Source: an uncultured Verrucomicrobiae bacterium
GTDB taxonomy: Bacteria > Verrucomicrobiota > Verrucomicrobiia > Limisphaerales > JAHDYP01
Reading direction: 5' to 3'
Assembly (NCBI GenBank): GCA_963765535.1
Contig: CAVXWU010000001.1
Coordinates: forward strand, 13,960 to 77,959
Length of the DNA stretch: 64,000 bases
Positions 45,251 through 55,812 of the stretch are shown here, one piece after another (within the stretch, counting starts at the first letter, position 1; every line of letters starts with the position of its first letter). The notes beneath the pieces were generated by a model that made no database searches, was not told the DNA's origin, and was given only the letters and a program-made list of their open reading frames with translations. A program made the position numbers and the translations under genes.

Positions 45251-45796
45251 CTACTGGGTGTACGGCGGCCGGAAGCCACCGGTGTTGTCCGACTGCCACA
45301 TCTGGTTGGGGGTGGCCCGTTCGAAGAAACGGGGGCGGGTAAGGTTCTTGGGCCGAGCTGGCTTGGTCGGTGGCATCAGGCCCTCGCGGTGCAACCGGGT
45401 GCGAACCGTCTCGGCACTGGCCGGCAACAGAAACAGCCGACGCAGGAACTGGGCGATCCGTTTGGCGCCCAAGGCGGGGTTGGCCTGTTTGAGTTCGACG
45501 ATCTTTTCGGTAACCGCCGCCGGGAGCTTGTCCTTTCCGGCTGCGGGAGCCACGCGCAGCTCCCGCAGCGCCGCCTCCCCTTCGGCGCGATACTTTCCAA
45601 TCCACGCCACCAGCGAACTGCGACAGACCCCAATCTCCTCGCTCACCAGGTTGCGGCTAAAACCGTCTTCCAAAACCAGGCGGACGGCCTTAAGCTTCTC
45701 CTCCGGTGAATACCGAATCGAGGTCGATCGGCGCGAGCCGCCCCGGGGCGGCTCCTTCCCTTTCACTTCATCTTTGCTTTCCATGTAACACTCCAT
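45251..45796 (-). pseudogene. IS3/IS481-like transposase, N-terminal HTH part only
   Basis: YSPEEKLKAVRLVLEDGFS...VCRSSLVAWIGKYR...FERATPNQMWQSD, then truncation right at the start of the rve core. Confidence 0.7.
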
Positions 45797-45857
45797 TCCT
45801 TTCTTTGGAGTGTTACCCCTTTTCCCCCTTCAGAATGGGTCATCAACCGGTCGTTAG

Positions 45858-47321
45858 CACAGAGTTAGCCTCGCACCTCGCAGTCCATTCTACAGTCTGG
45901 AGCCGCGCGGCCACGGCACAGGGATGGTGGAGTCACTCACTTCGTATATCACCCGGGTCGCCCGCGCGCACTTCTTACCGCCTTGGGTTGTGGTTACCCG
46001 GAGCATCGCGCCGTGCTATCGGAAGGTAAAAGTCAGCAGCAACGGGCAGTGCGACCTGTTTGGCCGCGTGGCAGTAACCCTCAATGGCAACTGCACCACG
46101 GCTATGGAGGGAGCCGCCATTTTGGAAGGCCTGACCGGTCGGTCCGGGCTTTGGGATCTTACCCTGCACCAGTTGAACGGCGTAATCTCGCCGGCCGCGC
46201 TGCTTCACGAGTTCGAGCACTGGTGTCCCCTGTGCCTGAAGACCTGGAATGACGAAGGCGGTGAACCCTACGTCCCCCTTCTGTGGCAGCTACGGGTCGT
46301 CACTCTTTGTCCTTCTCATGGAGGCCAACTCGTCTCTGCCTGCCCGCACTGCGGATGACGGCATCGACCGCTGGCACGGCACGGAAATCCCGGGCACTGC
46401 CCGTGGTGTCAAGGTTGGTTGGGTGCTGCTGCTAGGACGAGGACTGAGCAAGATGCGCACTCGTTGCCGCGCGATTTCGCCCGGTTCATGGCTGAGGAAG
46501 CGCGGCGACTGATTGAGCATCGTGGGTCTATCCGAGCGGCGGAGCACCCTGTGTTCGGCCGAAACATTCAGGTGCTGCTCGAACGTTCGGGTGTCGGCTT
46601 GTGCTCATTTGCTCGGGAGGTCAGCCATCACCACAAGAGCGTGGCGTGCTGGATGGACGGCCGCCAGAAGCCACGCCTCTGCGCCGTCGCGGTTGTAGCC
46701 TTCCGATTTGGGCTTGGATACCTGGACCTGTTGAGCGGTTCGGTCGATGGAACAGCGACGTTCGGCAATCGTCCGCTACCAGAGGCTGCTGTCGCTAGCC
46801 TCAAGCCAACGCTCCACCGGCACGATCCCAGTGCGCTGCGCAGAGAACTGGAAGCCACCCTCAGTGCGAATCTTTTCCCGCCTCCTTCGCTGGTGTCGGT
46901 TGCGAAGCGACTTGAGTGTCATTCGAGCTATTTGCAGAGGAAGTTCCCCGACTTGCCTGGCCAAATCTCCGCCGCACATAGGCAGTATTGGTCCATCCAT
47001 AAGACGATGCGGATCCACTTCGCCAAACTGGTCACCAAGTCCAAAACCTCGGAAATGGCCGCGCGGGGCGAGTACCCCAGCCAACGGAAGCTGACGCGGG
47101 CATTGCCGTCCAAATACTCCCTTAGGATGCCGGAGGTTAAGGAGGCGTGGTTGGAGACTCTCCGGGAGTGGGACTTGATGCCGCCGCAGTCGGGTCGCCG
47201 TCGGGAGTCGCCCGCCACGCCGCCAGCCTCTATGCAACCATCCGAGGTGCCAAGGCGGCCCACGGACACTCCAGGGGTCTTACAGGCAAAAAATGAGCGC
47301 CCTGAGCTTACAGGTAGATAA
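45858..47321 (+). pseudogene. tniQ: TniQ/TnsD-family transposition protein with in-frame TGA (46356-46358) and no evident start
   Basis: YSLEPRGHGTGMVESLTSYITRVARAH...WCPLCL...CPHCG*RHRPLARHGNPGHCPWCQGWL. 45924 and 46419 are in the same frame. The C-terminal part has an HTH-like LCSFAREVSHHHKSVACWMDG. Confidence 0.65.
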
Positions 47322-47378
47322 TGAGCGAAGCGCTCACTTTATGGGCGCTCCGTCAGACGGCAAAGGAGGTATGCGGGG

Positions 47379-47455
47379 TGGGGTGGCCGACGGGACTTGA
47401 ACCCGCGACAACCAGAACCACAATCTGGGGCTCTACCAACTGAGCTACGACCACC
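47379..47455 (-). tRNA. tRNA-His(GTG) with encoded G-1 and CCA
   Basis: Hand-folded: G-1, acceptor GTGGTCG/CGGCCAC, D stem GCTC/GAGC, anticodon stem CCAGA/TCTGG with loop TTGTGGT, T arm GCGGG-TTCAAGT-CCCGT, discriminator C. Confidence 0.9.
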
Positions 47456-47551
47456 GCCCGGAGGGGAACCTAGGTCTGGCGCCGGATAGCGTCAATTCGA
47501 ATTCCCCAGCCTCGCAATGGCGCGATCATTCAACTTTACGAATGAGGCCGA

Positions 47552-48727
47552 GTGGGTACAATGCCCGCCATCATGGGATCGTTGAATAACAGCAAGCTTT
47601 TTGGGGGTTTGCTGACCGACGAATTGCGACACCTCGAACAAACCGCCCAGATGCGGCGCTTCCAGCCGGGGACAAGCATTTTTCGCGAAGGCGACCCAGG
47701 CGACGGGTTATATGTCATCGGCGAGGGGAAGGTGCAGATCGTTTGTTGGGTCGGGCATGAAGAACGACGGGTGTTGTCTACCCTTGGGCCGGGCGAGTTT
47801 TTCGGAGAAATGGCCGTGTTGGACGAGCAGGCACGCTCGGCCACGGCATTGGCGGAGACGGAAGTGCGGGCCTATTTTGTCCCCAAAGTCGATCTGCTCC
47901 AGGCGTTGGAAAGAAACTCGCGGTTGGCGGTACGGTTGATGAAGGAATTCAGTCTTCGGCTTCGGGATTTCAACCATCAATACACTCAAGAGGTGCTGCA
48001 GGCGGAACGTTTGGCCCTGGTCGGCCGGTTCGCCCGGACAATCGTCCACGATTTCAAGAATCCGTTGAACATCATCGGGATCTCGGCCGACATGGCGGCG
48101 ATGGATAACGCCTCGTTGGAAATGCGGCTGACTTCCCGGGGCCGCATCCGCCGGCAGGTGGAACGAATGAGCAATATGATCGGTGAATTGCTCGAGTTCA
48201 CCCGCGGGAGCGGTTCGACGGTCGTCCTGGGGCGGGTGGATTACGCCGACTTCGTCACCCCTTTGCTTGAGGAACTGCGTTCCGAAAGCGAAGTCAAGGG
48301 GGCGAATATCGTGCTCGAATGCGATCCGCCGAAGACCCGGCTGCTCATTGATCCTGTGCGCCTGGGACATGTCTTCCATAACATCCTGAATAACGCATGC
48401 GATGCCATGCCGGAGGGAGGCACGATCTTCCTGCGATTTCGGCAGGAATCCGATTCCGTGGTTACCGAAATCGAGGACACGGGGCCTGGGATTGCGGCGG
48501 AAATTGCCCCGAGGCTGTTCGAGGCCTTCGCCACGTACGGCAAGTCCCGCGGGACCGGCCTCGGCCTCTCCATCTGCAAACGCATCATCGAGGATCACTC
48601 GGGCCGGATCGTGGCTACCAACGGGGCCCGTGGCGGCGCAATCTTCTCCATCACCCTGCCCGTCCGCCGAGAAAATGGGGCGCCGACGCTCAATGGTCAA
48701 ATGCCAGCCACGGCTACGGACTGTTGA
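47552..48727 (+). CDS. cyclic-nucleotide-binding domain sensor histidine kinase
   Basis: cNMP-binding block (FREGDPGDGLYVIGEGKV...FFGEMAVLD), H-box VHDFKNPLN, and N/G boxes (HNILNNACDAM, DTGPGI, GTGLGLSIC). Confidence 0.85.
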   Translation: MGTMPAIMGSLNNSKLFGGLLTDELRHLEQTAQMRRFQPGTSIFREGDPGDGLYVIGEGKVQIVCWVGHEERRVLSTLGPGEFFGEMAVLDEQARSATALAETEVRAYFVPKVDLLQALERNSRLAVRLMKEFSLRLRDFNHQYTQEVLQAERLALVGRFARTIVHDFKNPLNIIGISADMAAMDNASLEMRLTSRGRIRRQVERMSNMIGELLEFTRGSGSTVVLGRVDYADFVTPLLEELRSESEVKGANIVLECDPPKTRLLIDPVRLGHVFHNILNNACDAMPEGGTIFLRFRQESDSVVTEIEDTGPGIAAEIAPRLFEAFATYGKSRGTGLGLSICKRIIEDHSGRIVATNGARGGAIFSITLPVRRENGAPTLNGQMPATATDC

Positions 48728-48895
48728 CAGGTTAGACGTCCAACTCCAATTCTCGGGGATTCATTTCAACCGCGAATGAACGCGGCTACTCCCCACTCCG
48801 TAGCCGCGCTCGTGCGAGCGCGCTGACTAGCCCCGACCCCACCGCGATCTCAGAGTTGTCGGATTCGCGGTAACCCGGCATCATCGCCGACGTCT

Positions 48896-50233
48896 ATGTC
48901 AACCGCCGCTGATGCCCGGCTCTTTGCCGACAATCGCAACCGATTAAGGCAACATCTTTCTCCCCGATCGCTGGCGGTGCTGAACGCCAACGATGTGTTG
49001 CCGACCAACGCCGATGGCACTCAACCGTTCATTCAGAATGCCGATCTCTATTACCTCACAGGCATCCGGCAGGAGGAGACAATGCTCGTGCTCGCCCCCG
49101 ACGCCTTTGAGCCGGGCCACCGTGAGATTCTGTTTTTGCGTGAACCCAACGAGCTCCTGACGACCTGGGAGGGCCATAAGCTGAGCCAGGCCGAAGCCAC
49201 GCGGATCTCCGGCATCCGGAACGTGCGCTGGCTTTCGCAGTTCCCCGCGATCTTCCGCCAGCTCATGTGCGAGATGGAACATGTTTATCTCAACACCAAC
49301 GAACATCCGCGCGCCGTGGTCCAGGTTGAATCGCGCGACCTCCGCTTCATCCGGCAGGTCCAAAGCGAATATCCCCTCCACCAATACCATCGGCTTGCCC
49401 AACTCATGCACTCCCTTCGAGTGGTGAAGGCGCCCGCCGAAATCCAACGCATCCGCAACGCCTCCGACCTTACCGCGCGCGGGCTCGATCGCGTCCTCCG
49501 TTATGTGCGTCCGAATGTAACCGAAGCAGAAGTCCAGGCCGAATTTGCGCGTGAATTCACCCGGCACGGGGGTGATTTCGCCTACCCTCCCATCATTGCC
49601 TCGGGCGCGAACAACTGCATCCTCCACTACACGGAAAACAATCAAACCTGCCGTTCCGGCCAACTCCTGCTCCTTGACGTTGCAGCCGGGAAGGAGGGGT
49701 ACATGTCCGATCTCACCCGCACTCTGCCGGTGAATGGCCGGTTTACTCGACGTCAACGCGAGGTCTACGATGCTGTGCTGCGCGTCTTCCGGGAGATGGT
49801 TAAACGCCTGATTCCCGGCAAGACCGCGCGGGATCTGCGGCGTGAATGCGAAGGCTTACTCACGGAAGAGTGCCTCGCGCTCGGCCTGCTCAAGCGTGCC
49901 CAGGTTCGACGCCAGGACCCGGAACATCCGGCCGTCGGCACTTTCTTCATGCATGGGGTGTCGCACCCGATTGGTCTCGATGTCCACGACGTGACCTACA
50001 ACCATTATCTCATCCAGCCCGGTTGGGTCTTGACCTGCGAACCCGCCATCTACATCGCCGAAGAAGGGTTCGGGGTCCGTCTTGAGAATACCGTCGCCGT
50101 CACGGAAGCCGGTCCCGTTGATCTCATGGCCGGTATTCCGATCGAGGCGGACGAGATTGAATCCCTTATGAACCAAGGCCGACGAAGGCCGGCGCGCGCG
50201 CGGAAAGCCGTCGGCACGCGTGTCCGGTCGTGA
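48896..50233 (+). CDS. pepP: Xaa-Pro aminopeptidase (M24B)
   Basis: AMP_N-type N-terminus (FIQNADLYYLTG). Metal ligand blocks LLLDVAA..GYMSDLTRT, HGVSHPIGLDVHD, EPAIY...GVRLENTV. Confidence 0.85.
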   Translation: MSTAADARLFADNRNRLRQHLSPRSLAVLNANDVLPTNADGTQPFIQNADLYYLTGIRQEETMLVLAPDAFEPGHREILFLREPNELLTTWEGHKLSQAEATRISGIRNVRWLSQFPAIFRQLMCEMEHVYLNTNEHPRAVVQVESRDLRFIRQVQSEYPLHQYHRLAQLMHSLRVVKAPAEIQRIRNASDLTARGLDRVLRYVRPNVTEAEVQAEFAREFTRHGGDFAYPPIIASGANNCILHYTENNQTCRSGQLLLLDVAAGKEGYMSDLTRTLPVNGRFTRRQREVYDAVLRVFREMVKRLIPGKTARDLRRECEGLLTEECLALGLLKRAQVRRQDPEHPAVGTFFMHGVSHPIGLDVHDVTYNHYLIQPGWVLTCEPAIYIAEEGFGVRLENTVAVTEAGPVDLMAGIPIEADEIESLMNQGRRRPARARKAVGTRVRS

Positions 50234-50309
50234 GAGTTACGCCGCGGGGATGCTACGTTCAGCCGGATACCTCATGCCACCTGCGGTGATCGGCCGGATG
50301 CGATCCGGT

Positions 50310-51971
50310 TCAGTCTCGGGAACGGGCGTCGAATTCCAGCACCTGGCCATCCTCGAGTAACCGCTTTCGCAGGCTCGGATAATCGACATCCTGCACGGTC
50401 GTTCCTCCTTCGATTGCAAGCACCGCCGCAGTCGCCGCGGATTCCCCGAGAATCATGAACACCGGTTCCATGCGAATTGATCCGAACGCGATGTGCGAGC
50501 TCGACACGCATACCGGGACGACCAGATTATCGGCCTGACCAGGTTTGGACACCAACGCGCCATACGCGATCGAGTAAGGCCCGGGTGTCGGGACCCCGAT
50601 ATCTCCCTCATTCTGAACAAACCCTTCCGGGGTGATATACCGCTGCACGTTGTGAGAATCGATCGTATAGGAGCCCATTCCCACCGGGTTGGGCGTGGGC
50701 CGTCGTTGTAACAATTCATTCTCGGTCATCACGAACGCGCCCAACATTCGCCGCGCCTCGCGAACATAAATCTGGTGGGGCCAGTGGTCGTTGTCCGTGA
50801 ATTCGTCCCGGGCCAGACCCCAATGGCGCATTTGCTCTCGAACGTCCGCGGGCACGCGGGGATCATAGGCGACGAAGTAGAGCCAACCTCTTTGGTAAAG
50901 CTCGTGTTCGCGGATGATCTCGCGCCGCCGTTCGTATGAACCCTCGGGATAATCATAGTTGCAGCCGATGTTGTCGGTGCTCATAGGGCCGTGGTTGTTG
51001 GTGTCCGTCTTTCGATTGGGAATGCGATCGAACTTGTCGAAGGTCTCGCGCCAGCCCGCCTCATAGATCCGCGCCAGCAATTCATATTGCCCGGGGTCAT
51101 AGCCTTCCGGTCTCGAAAACTCCACGCGGTTATCCGGGTGATCGGTCAGGCAGAGCCGGAAACAATAGGCCTGGATCCGCCGGTCGCCTGCTCCGTAATC
51201 GCCAGGCGGATCGGGACTGATCCGGGGCAAAAGCCCGCTGGCGGGATCGCCCGGGGCGATATAAGGGCTGATCGGTCTGTTGAGCACACCAAAATGGTGC
51301 CGGTGATGGAGCACCCCGGTCTGTACCCCATTCCAATGTTCGCCATAAACGCTCTGGGACTCACGGCCCACCTGGTAATCCACCCCTGCCGCCGCCATAA
51401 GGTCGCCTTCGTACGTGGCATCGATGAACATCCGCCCGCAATATGTCTTGCCGCTCAGCATGGTGATCGAGACGATTCGCGGGCCATCCTTGTGGACGCC
51501 TTTGGCCCGGTCCAGCCACTGGTCCCGGTCCACCAGAATGTGATGCTCACGGATGAATTCTTCGAACACTCGCTCCGCCACATGCGGCTCGAAAATCCAC
51601 ATCGTCCGTTGTGCCCCGTCGATGGCGGTCGATCCCTGACCGCGGATTCCGTAATCCTGCCGCTTCTCCCATTGCCAGGCTTCCGGCCTCTCGTAATGCC
51701 GATAGACCCGGCGATAGAACTCCCGCGCCAATCCCCCGATAACGGCTTTGTTTCCGCTATCCGTCCATCCCAACCCGGCGCTTGAGAGACCTCCCAGGTG
51801 TTTGTCCGGTCCGACCACGACCACGTTTCGGCCCATGCGCTGCGCCTGGACCGCGGCCATCACTCCGGCGGATGTGCCGCCATAAACGACGACATCATAG
51901 TCCTGGGCACAAAGTAACGTTGCGCTGAAGATCAACGCAAACGACAGGATCCGTGGCGGGCATTCCATCAT
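50310..51971 (-). CDS. secreted FAD-dependent oxidoreductase (FAD_oxidored family)
   Basis: Signal peptide, then YDVVVYGGTSAGVMAAVQAQRMG (GxGxxG-type dinucleotide fold). Confidence 0.75.
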   Translation of the reverse strand: MMECPPRILSFALIFSATLLCAQDYDVVVYGGTSAGVMAAVQAQRMGRNVVVVGPDKHLGGLSSAGLGWTDSGNKAVIGGLAREFYRRVYRHYERPEAWQWEKRQDYGIRGQGSTAIDGAQRTMWIFEPHVAERVFEEFIREHHILVDRDQWLDRAKGVHKDGPRIVSITMLSGKTYCGRMFIDATYEGDLMAAAGVDYQVGRESQSVYGEHWNGVQTGVLHHRHHFGVLNRPISPYIAPGDPASGLLPRISPDPPGDYGAGDRRIQAYCFRLCLTDHPDNRVEFSRPEGYDPGQYELLARIYEAGWRETFDKFDRIPNRKTDTNNHGPMSTDNIGCNYDYPEGSYERRREIIREHELYQRGWLYFVAYDPRVPADVREQMRHWGLARDEFTDNDHWPHQIYVREARRMLGAFVMTENELLQRRPTPNPVGMGSYTIDSHNVQRYITPEGFVQNEGDIGVPTPGPYSIAYGALVSKPGQADNLVVPVCVSSSHIAFGSIRMEPVFMILGESAATAAVLAIEGGTTVQDVDYPSLRKRLLEDGQVLEFDARSRD

Positions 51972-52162
51972 CGGCGTTCAATCATCGGTGCTCGATGCGC
52001 AATGTGCAATATTCGTCGCTCGGCGGGTGCCACGCGACATGAAGACGGGTGTTAGTGCGGAGACCCCGCGGACTGGCCGGGTTTGGCGGACCGCGTCGGC
52101 CGCGTATCGTTCCGGTCGGCCTTTTGCCTTGAATCCATCGTCAGGTCACGCACTCTTCCGCG

Positions 52163-53089
52163 GTGGGCGATCATTCCAATTCCGTTCCGCCCGATTCGCC
52201 TCCGGTCTTATCCCCGCCTCGACTTCGTGTGTACGATGCCTGGCCACCGTCGATCGCTGCGGCGTTGGGCATGCTGGGGATTTATCTCGGCTCCATGATG
52301 GTGGCCGGAGGCGTGTTCTCATTGATCGATATGCTGGCGGGTGAGTCGATCGGCCCTCTTGTTACGCAAACCGCCGCGATGACGACGGCGGCCGTATCGA
52401 GCCTGATGTGTTCCCGCCCGGTCCTGGCACTGGATTGGCGGATGGCGATACGGCGCGCGGGCGGGCGCTTGCCGAGGGCGGCGTGGGTGCCGGTGCTAAT
52501 CGTCTTCGCGGCGGGTTATCCCCTGGTGATACAGATCGCTCTCTTAACTCACCGTATTCTGCCCATGCCCGAATTCATGTCGGAGCTGTTCGAAGGTTTT
52601 TTCGACACGCGCGACCAGCCGATAACCGCGCTCTTGCTGCTCACGATCATCGCGCCGCTGACTGAAGAATTCGTCTGTCGCGGCTGGTTGATGCCGGCGG
52701 CGCTCAAGAAGTGGGGATCCGTTTCGGCGGTGGTGTTCACGGCGGTGGTGTTCGGGCTGATACATCTCAATCCCTGGCAATTCTTTTACGCCGTTTATTT
52801 GGGTGGATGGCTGGGGTGGATCTATCTGCAAACCCGATCCGTTTGGCCGTGCGTGGCCGGACACGCCGTCAACAACGGCCTCGCGTGGTTATGGAGCTTG
52901 CTGGAGCAGGGAGGCGCGGAAACCAGCGGATCGCACCCGGACGCACCGCAGCTTTTATCCTGGTCGCTGGTGACCGTCTCAGGGGTTGGCGTCATTATCA
53001 GTGCGGCCTGGCTGCGTCGGATTATGATCGCAAATAGGCGTGCCGCGACCACTGCGGAATGTGTGCCGGTTCCACCCCTCGTTCAATGA
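52163..53089 (+). CDS. CPBP family intramembrane glutamic endopeptidase (start uncertain)
   Basis: IIAPLTEEFVCRGWL, FGLIHL, AGHAVNN. Confidence 0.75.
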   Translation: MGDHSNSVPPDSPPVLSPPRLRVYDAWPPSIAAALGMLGIYLGSMMVAGGVFSLIDMLAGESIGPLVTQTAAMTTAAVSSLMCSRPVLALDWRMAIRRAGGRLPRAAWVPVLIVFAAGYPLVIQIALLTHRILPMPEFMSELFEGFFDTRDQPITALLLLTIIAPLTEEFVCRGWLMPAALKKWGSVSAVVFTAVVFGLIHLNPWQFFYAVYLGGWLGWIYLQTRSVWPCVAGHAVNNGLAWLWSLLEQGGAETSGSHPDAPQLLSWSLVTVSGVGVIISAAWLRRIMIANRRAATTAECVPVPPLVQ

Positions 53090-54333
53090 CCATCATCCAG
53101 ATCGTCGCGATACTGATTACGCTCACGGCGTTATTCTCCTACTGCAATCACCGTTTCATCCGCTTGCCCACCGCGATCGGTGTGATGCTGATTGCGCTGG
53201 TGCTCTCCCTGATCCTGATCGGGCTCGGGCAGTTCCAACCCGGTATCATCGAGGCGGCCGGACAAATGTTGAATCAGTTCGAGTTCGACGATGCGCTGAT
53301 GCAGGCCATGCTCAGTTTCCTGCTCTTCGCCGGGTCGCTTCATATCAACCTGAATGAGTTGTCGGATCAGAAAGGCGTCATTGCCTCGCTGGCCCTCGCT
53401 GGGGTCGTCGTCTCAATGCTCATCTTTGGCACTCTTATTCATTTCGCGCTCGGTTGGGTGGGGCTGGAGCTGAGCTACGCGTGGTGCCTCCTGTTTGGCG
53501 CCCTGGTCTCGCCCACGGATCCCATCGCCGTTCTGGGGATTCTCAAAGGGGCCAACGTGCCGAAAAGTCTGGAGATCAAAGTCGCCGGCGAATCCCTGTT
53601 CAACGACGGGGTGGGCGTGGTGGCCTTTATCGTCATGCATGAGATCGCTGTCGGCGGGCGCGATCCGAGCGCCGCGCATATCGCCGAGTTGTTTCTTGAA
53701 GAGGCCGTAGGCGGCGCGGTGTTGGGTCTCACGCTCGGCTGGGTGACGTATCGCCTGCTCAAGAGCGTGGATAATTATTCCGTCGAAGTCCTCCTCACCC
53801 TGGCCCTCGTGATGGGGGGATACGCGCTGGCCAGCGCCCTCCACACCAGCGGGCCCATCGCCGTGGTCGTGGCGGGATTGCTCATCGGCAATCATGGACG
53901 ACGTTTCGCGATGAGCGATAACACGCGACAACACCTCGACACGTTCTGGGAGCTGATCGATGAAGTGCTCAATGCCCTGCTGTTCGTCGTGCTCGGTTTT
54001 GAGGTCCTCGTGCTCACCTTTACGCAAGGCCTGTTCGCCGCGGGATTGTTGGCGGTGCCGTTGCTCCTCCTGGCGCGGTGGATCAGCGTCAGCCTCCCGA
54101 TCCTGGTGTTGCAACGCACCCGCAAGTTCTCCCGCGGAGTGATCACGATCATGACCTGGGGCGGTCTTCGCGGCGGCATCTCCGTGGCCCTGGCATTGTC
54201 CCTGCCGCCGGGCCCCCAACGCGAGATGATCCTGGCCATTACTTACATCGTTGTCGTCTTTTCCATCCTGGTCCAGGGGCTTACCGTCAAAACTGTAGTC
54301 TGTCGCGCGATGGGCCGGGATCCGGGAAGTTGA
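53086..54333 (+). CDS. Na+/H+ antiporter (CPA1 family)
   Basis: ~12 TM helices. LFGALVSPTDPIAV, ESLFNDGVGVV, TWGGLRGGISVALAL. The start overlaps the upstream stop (ATGA). Confidence 0.85.
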   Translation: MTIIQIVAILITLTALFSYCNHRFIRLPTAIGVMLIALVLSLILIGLGQFQPGIIEAAGQMLNQFEFDDALMQAMLSFLLFAGSLHINLNELSDQKGVIASLALAGVVVSMLIFGTLIHFALGWVGLELSYAWCLLFGALVSPTDPIAVLGILKGANVPKSLEIKVAGESLFNDGVGVVAFIVMHEIAVGGRDPSAAHIAELFLEEAVGGAVLGLTLGWVTYRLLKSVDNYSVEVLLTLALVMGGYALASALHTSGPIAVVVAGLLIGNHGRRFAMSDNTRQHLDTFWELIDEVLNALLFVVLGFEVLVLTFTQGLFAAGLLAVPLLLLARWISVSLPILVLQRTRKFSRGVITIMTWGGLRGGISVALALSLPPGPQREMILAITYIVVVFSILVQGLTVKTVVCRAMGRDPGS

Positions 54334-54436
54334 GGACCCCGCGCATCGTCGCGCGGATGCAGCAGGCGCGAAGATGGCGCCCTCTTTAACAGGAAAACGG
54401 CCCGGCCGCGATTGCGTTCGAACGGCGGAATCCAGT

Positions 54437-55012
54437 ATGAACATACTTCACATCCGGCTGCGGGGAGATATGGTTGCCGCCCTGAAACGCCGGGCGAAGT
54501 TGGCGGAGATTTCCTCTGCCGATTACGTCGAGCGCGTGTTGTGGTACTCGGTGCTGGAATCCTCCGGGTGGGAGCGACGCGACCAGGAGCCGGTCTTTAG
54601 GGACGACGAAATCATTTACTTTTCCGCACCGCTCAGTGAGCCGCTCCGGATGCGCCTGGTTTCCCGCAGCGCGGAGGAGTCGCAGAACGTGGCCGTGCAT
54701 GCCGGTGCATTGGTCGAGTGTTTTTTGGGAAAGTTCGAGCGTGATCCGGGCGATCTACGCATGCTGGCGCGACTGAGCGAGATGTTGGAACGCGGGGGCT
54801 TGCTGACGGAGCAGGATCTGCTGGAAGTTCTGCGGCTGGCGGAGGAAACACCGGTGTCGCGCATGCCGGTGGCGTTTCAGACCCGTTGGCTGCATCAACG
54901 GTTCCGCGCGTTTATGTCGCGGATCACCGTGGATGGCGCGCCGGTGGAACTGACGGTGGAATGGCTGGCTGCGCTGCGCAAGCAGGCGAAGGGGGATCCT
55001 GCAAGAGAATAA
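54437..55012 (+). CDS. hypothetical protein with ribbon-helix-helix-like N-terminus
   Basis: MNILHIRLRGDMVAALKRRAKLAEISSADYVERVL. Confidence 0.4.
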   Translation: MNILHIRLRGDMVAALKRRAKLAEISSADYVERVLWYSVLESSGWERRDQEPVFRDDEIIYFSAPLSEPLRMRLVSRSAEESQNVAVHAGALVECFLGKFERDPGDLRMLARLSEMLERGGLLTEQDLLEVLRLAEETPVSRMPVAFQTRWLHQRFRAFMSRITVDGAPVELTVEWLAALRKQAKGDPARE

Positions 55013-55143
55013 ATGATGTGACACCCCGTAGAGCTCAAGCACCCGCCCACTTGCGCCACTGCTCGAACGCGGGCAACACTACTGTTAGAAGACTGAGAGC
55101 CAGCCGGAAGACAGGCGGTCTTTTCATTTGGTGCGATTGGAAC

Positions 55144-55806
55144 TCACGTTTCCATCCAGCCGTCTTTAAGCCGGATGATGCGATGGCCGTAAGCGGCCCA
55201 ATCCCGGTTGTGCGTGACCTGGACGATCGAAGTGCCTTCCTGGTTCAGGCGCTTGAACAAGTCCATGATTTCACGTCCCTGGTCGGTGTGCAGATTGCCC
55301 GTGGGTTCATCGGCGAGGATGAGCGACGGTTTGGCGATGATGGCCCGGGCCACGGCGACGAGTTGTTGTTGGCCGCCGGAGAGCTGATTGGGAAAGAGAT
55401 CTTTTTTGGCGACGATCCCGAAGCGATCGAGGGTGTCGGCCACCATGGCCTGGCGTTGCGATCGTTTGACGTCCCGATAGGAGAGCGGAATATCCAGGTT
55501 CTCCGCGACGGTCAGGTCGTCCAGGAGATGAAACTGTTGGAAGACAAAACCGACATGCCGTTTGTTCAGTGCCGCCCTTTCCTTCGCGGCGAGTTTCTGG
55601 ACGGCCACCCCGTCGAATTCAAACTCTCCTTCCCAGCTGTGATCGTAGAATCCCAGGATGCTCAGCAACGTCGATTTGCCCGCGCCGCTTGGCCCCATGA
55701 TCGTGAGGAACTCGCCGGCGGCAATATCGAGATTGATCTGCCGCAAGACGTAGGTGAACCCGGCCTTGGTTTTGTAGCTCTTTTCGAGGTTGCGGAGTTT
55801 GATCAT
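55144..55806 (-). CDS. ABC transporter ATP-binding protein (MacB/LolD-type)
   Basis: Walker [10 protein letters not shown], signature [14 protein letters not shown], Walker B LILADEPT. Confidence 0.85.
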   Translation of the reverse strand: MIKLRNLEKSYKTKAGFTYVLRQINLDIAAGEFLTIMGPSGAGKSTLLSILGFYDHSWEGEFEFDGVAVQKLAAKERAALNKRHVGFVFQQFHLLDDLTVAENLDIPLSYRDVKRSQRQAMVADTLDRFGIVAKKDLFPNQLSGGQQQLVAVARAIIAKPSLILADEPTGNLHTDQGREIMDLFKRLNQEGTSIVQVTHNRDWAAYGHRIIRLKDGWMET

Positions 55807-55812
55807 AGGGAT

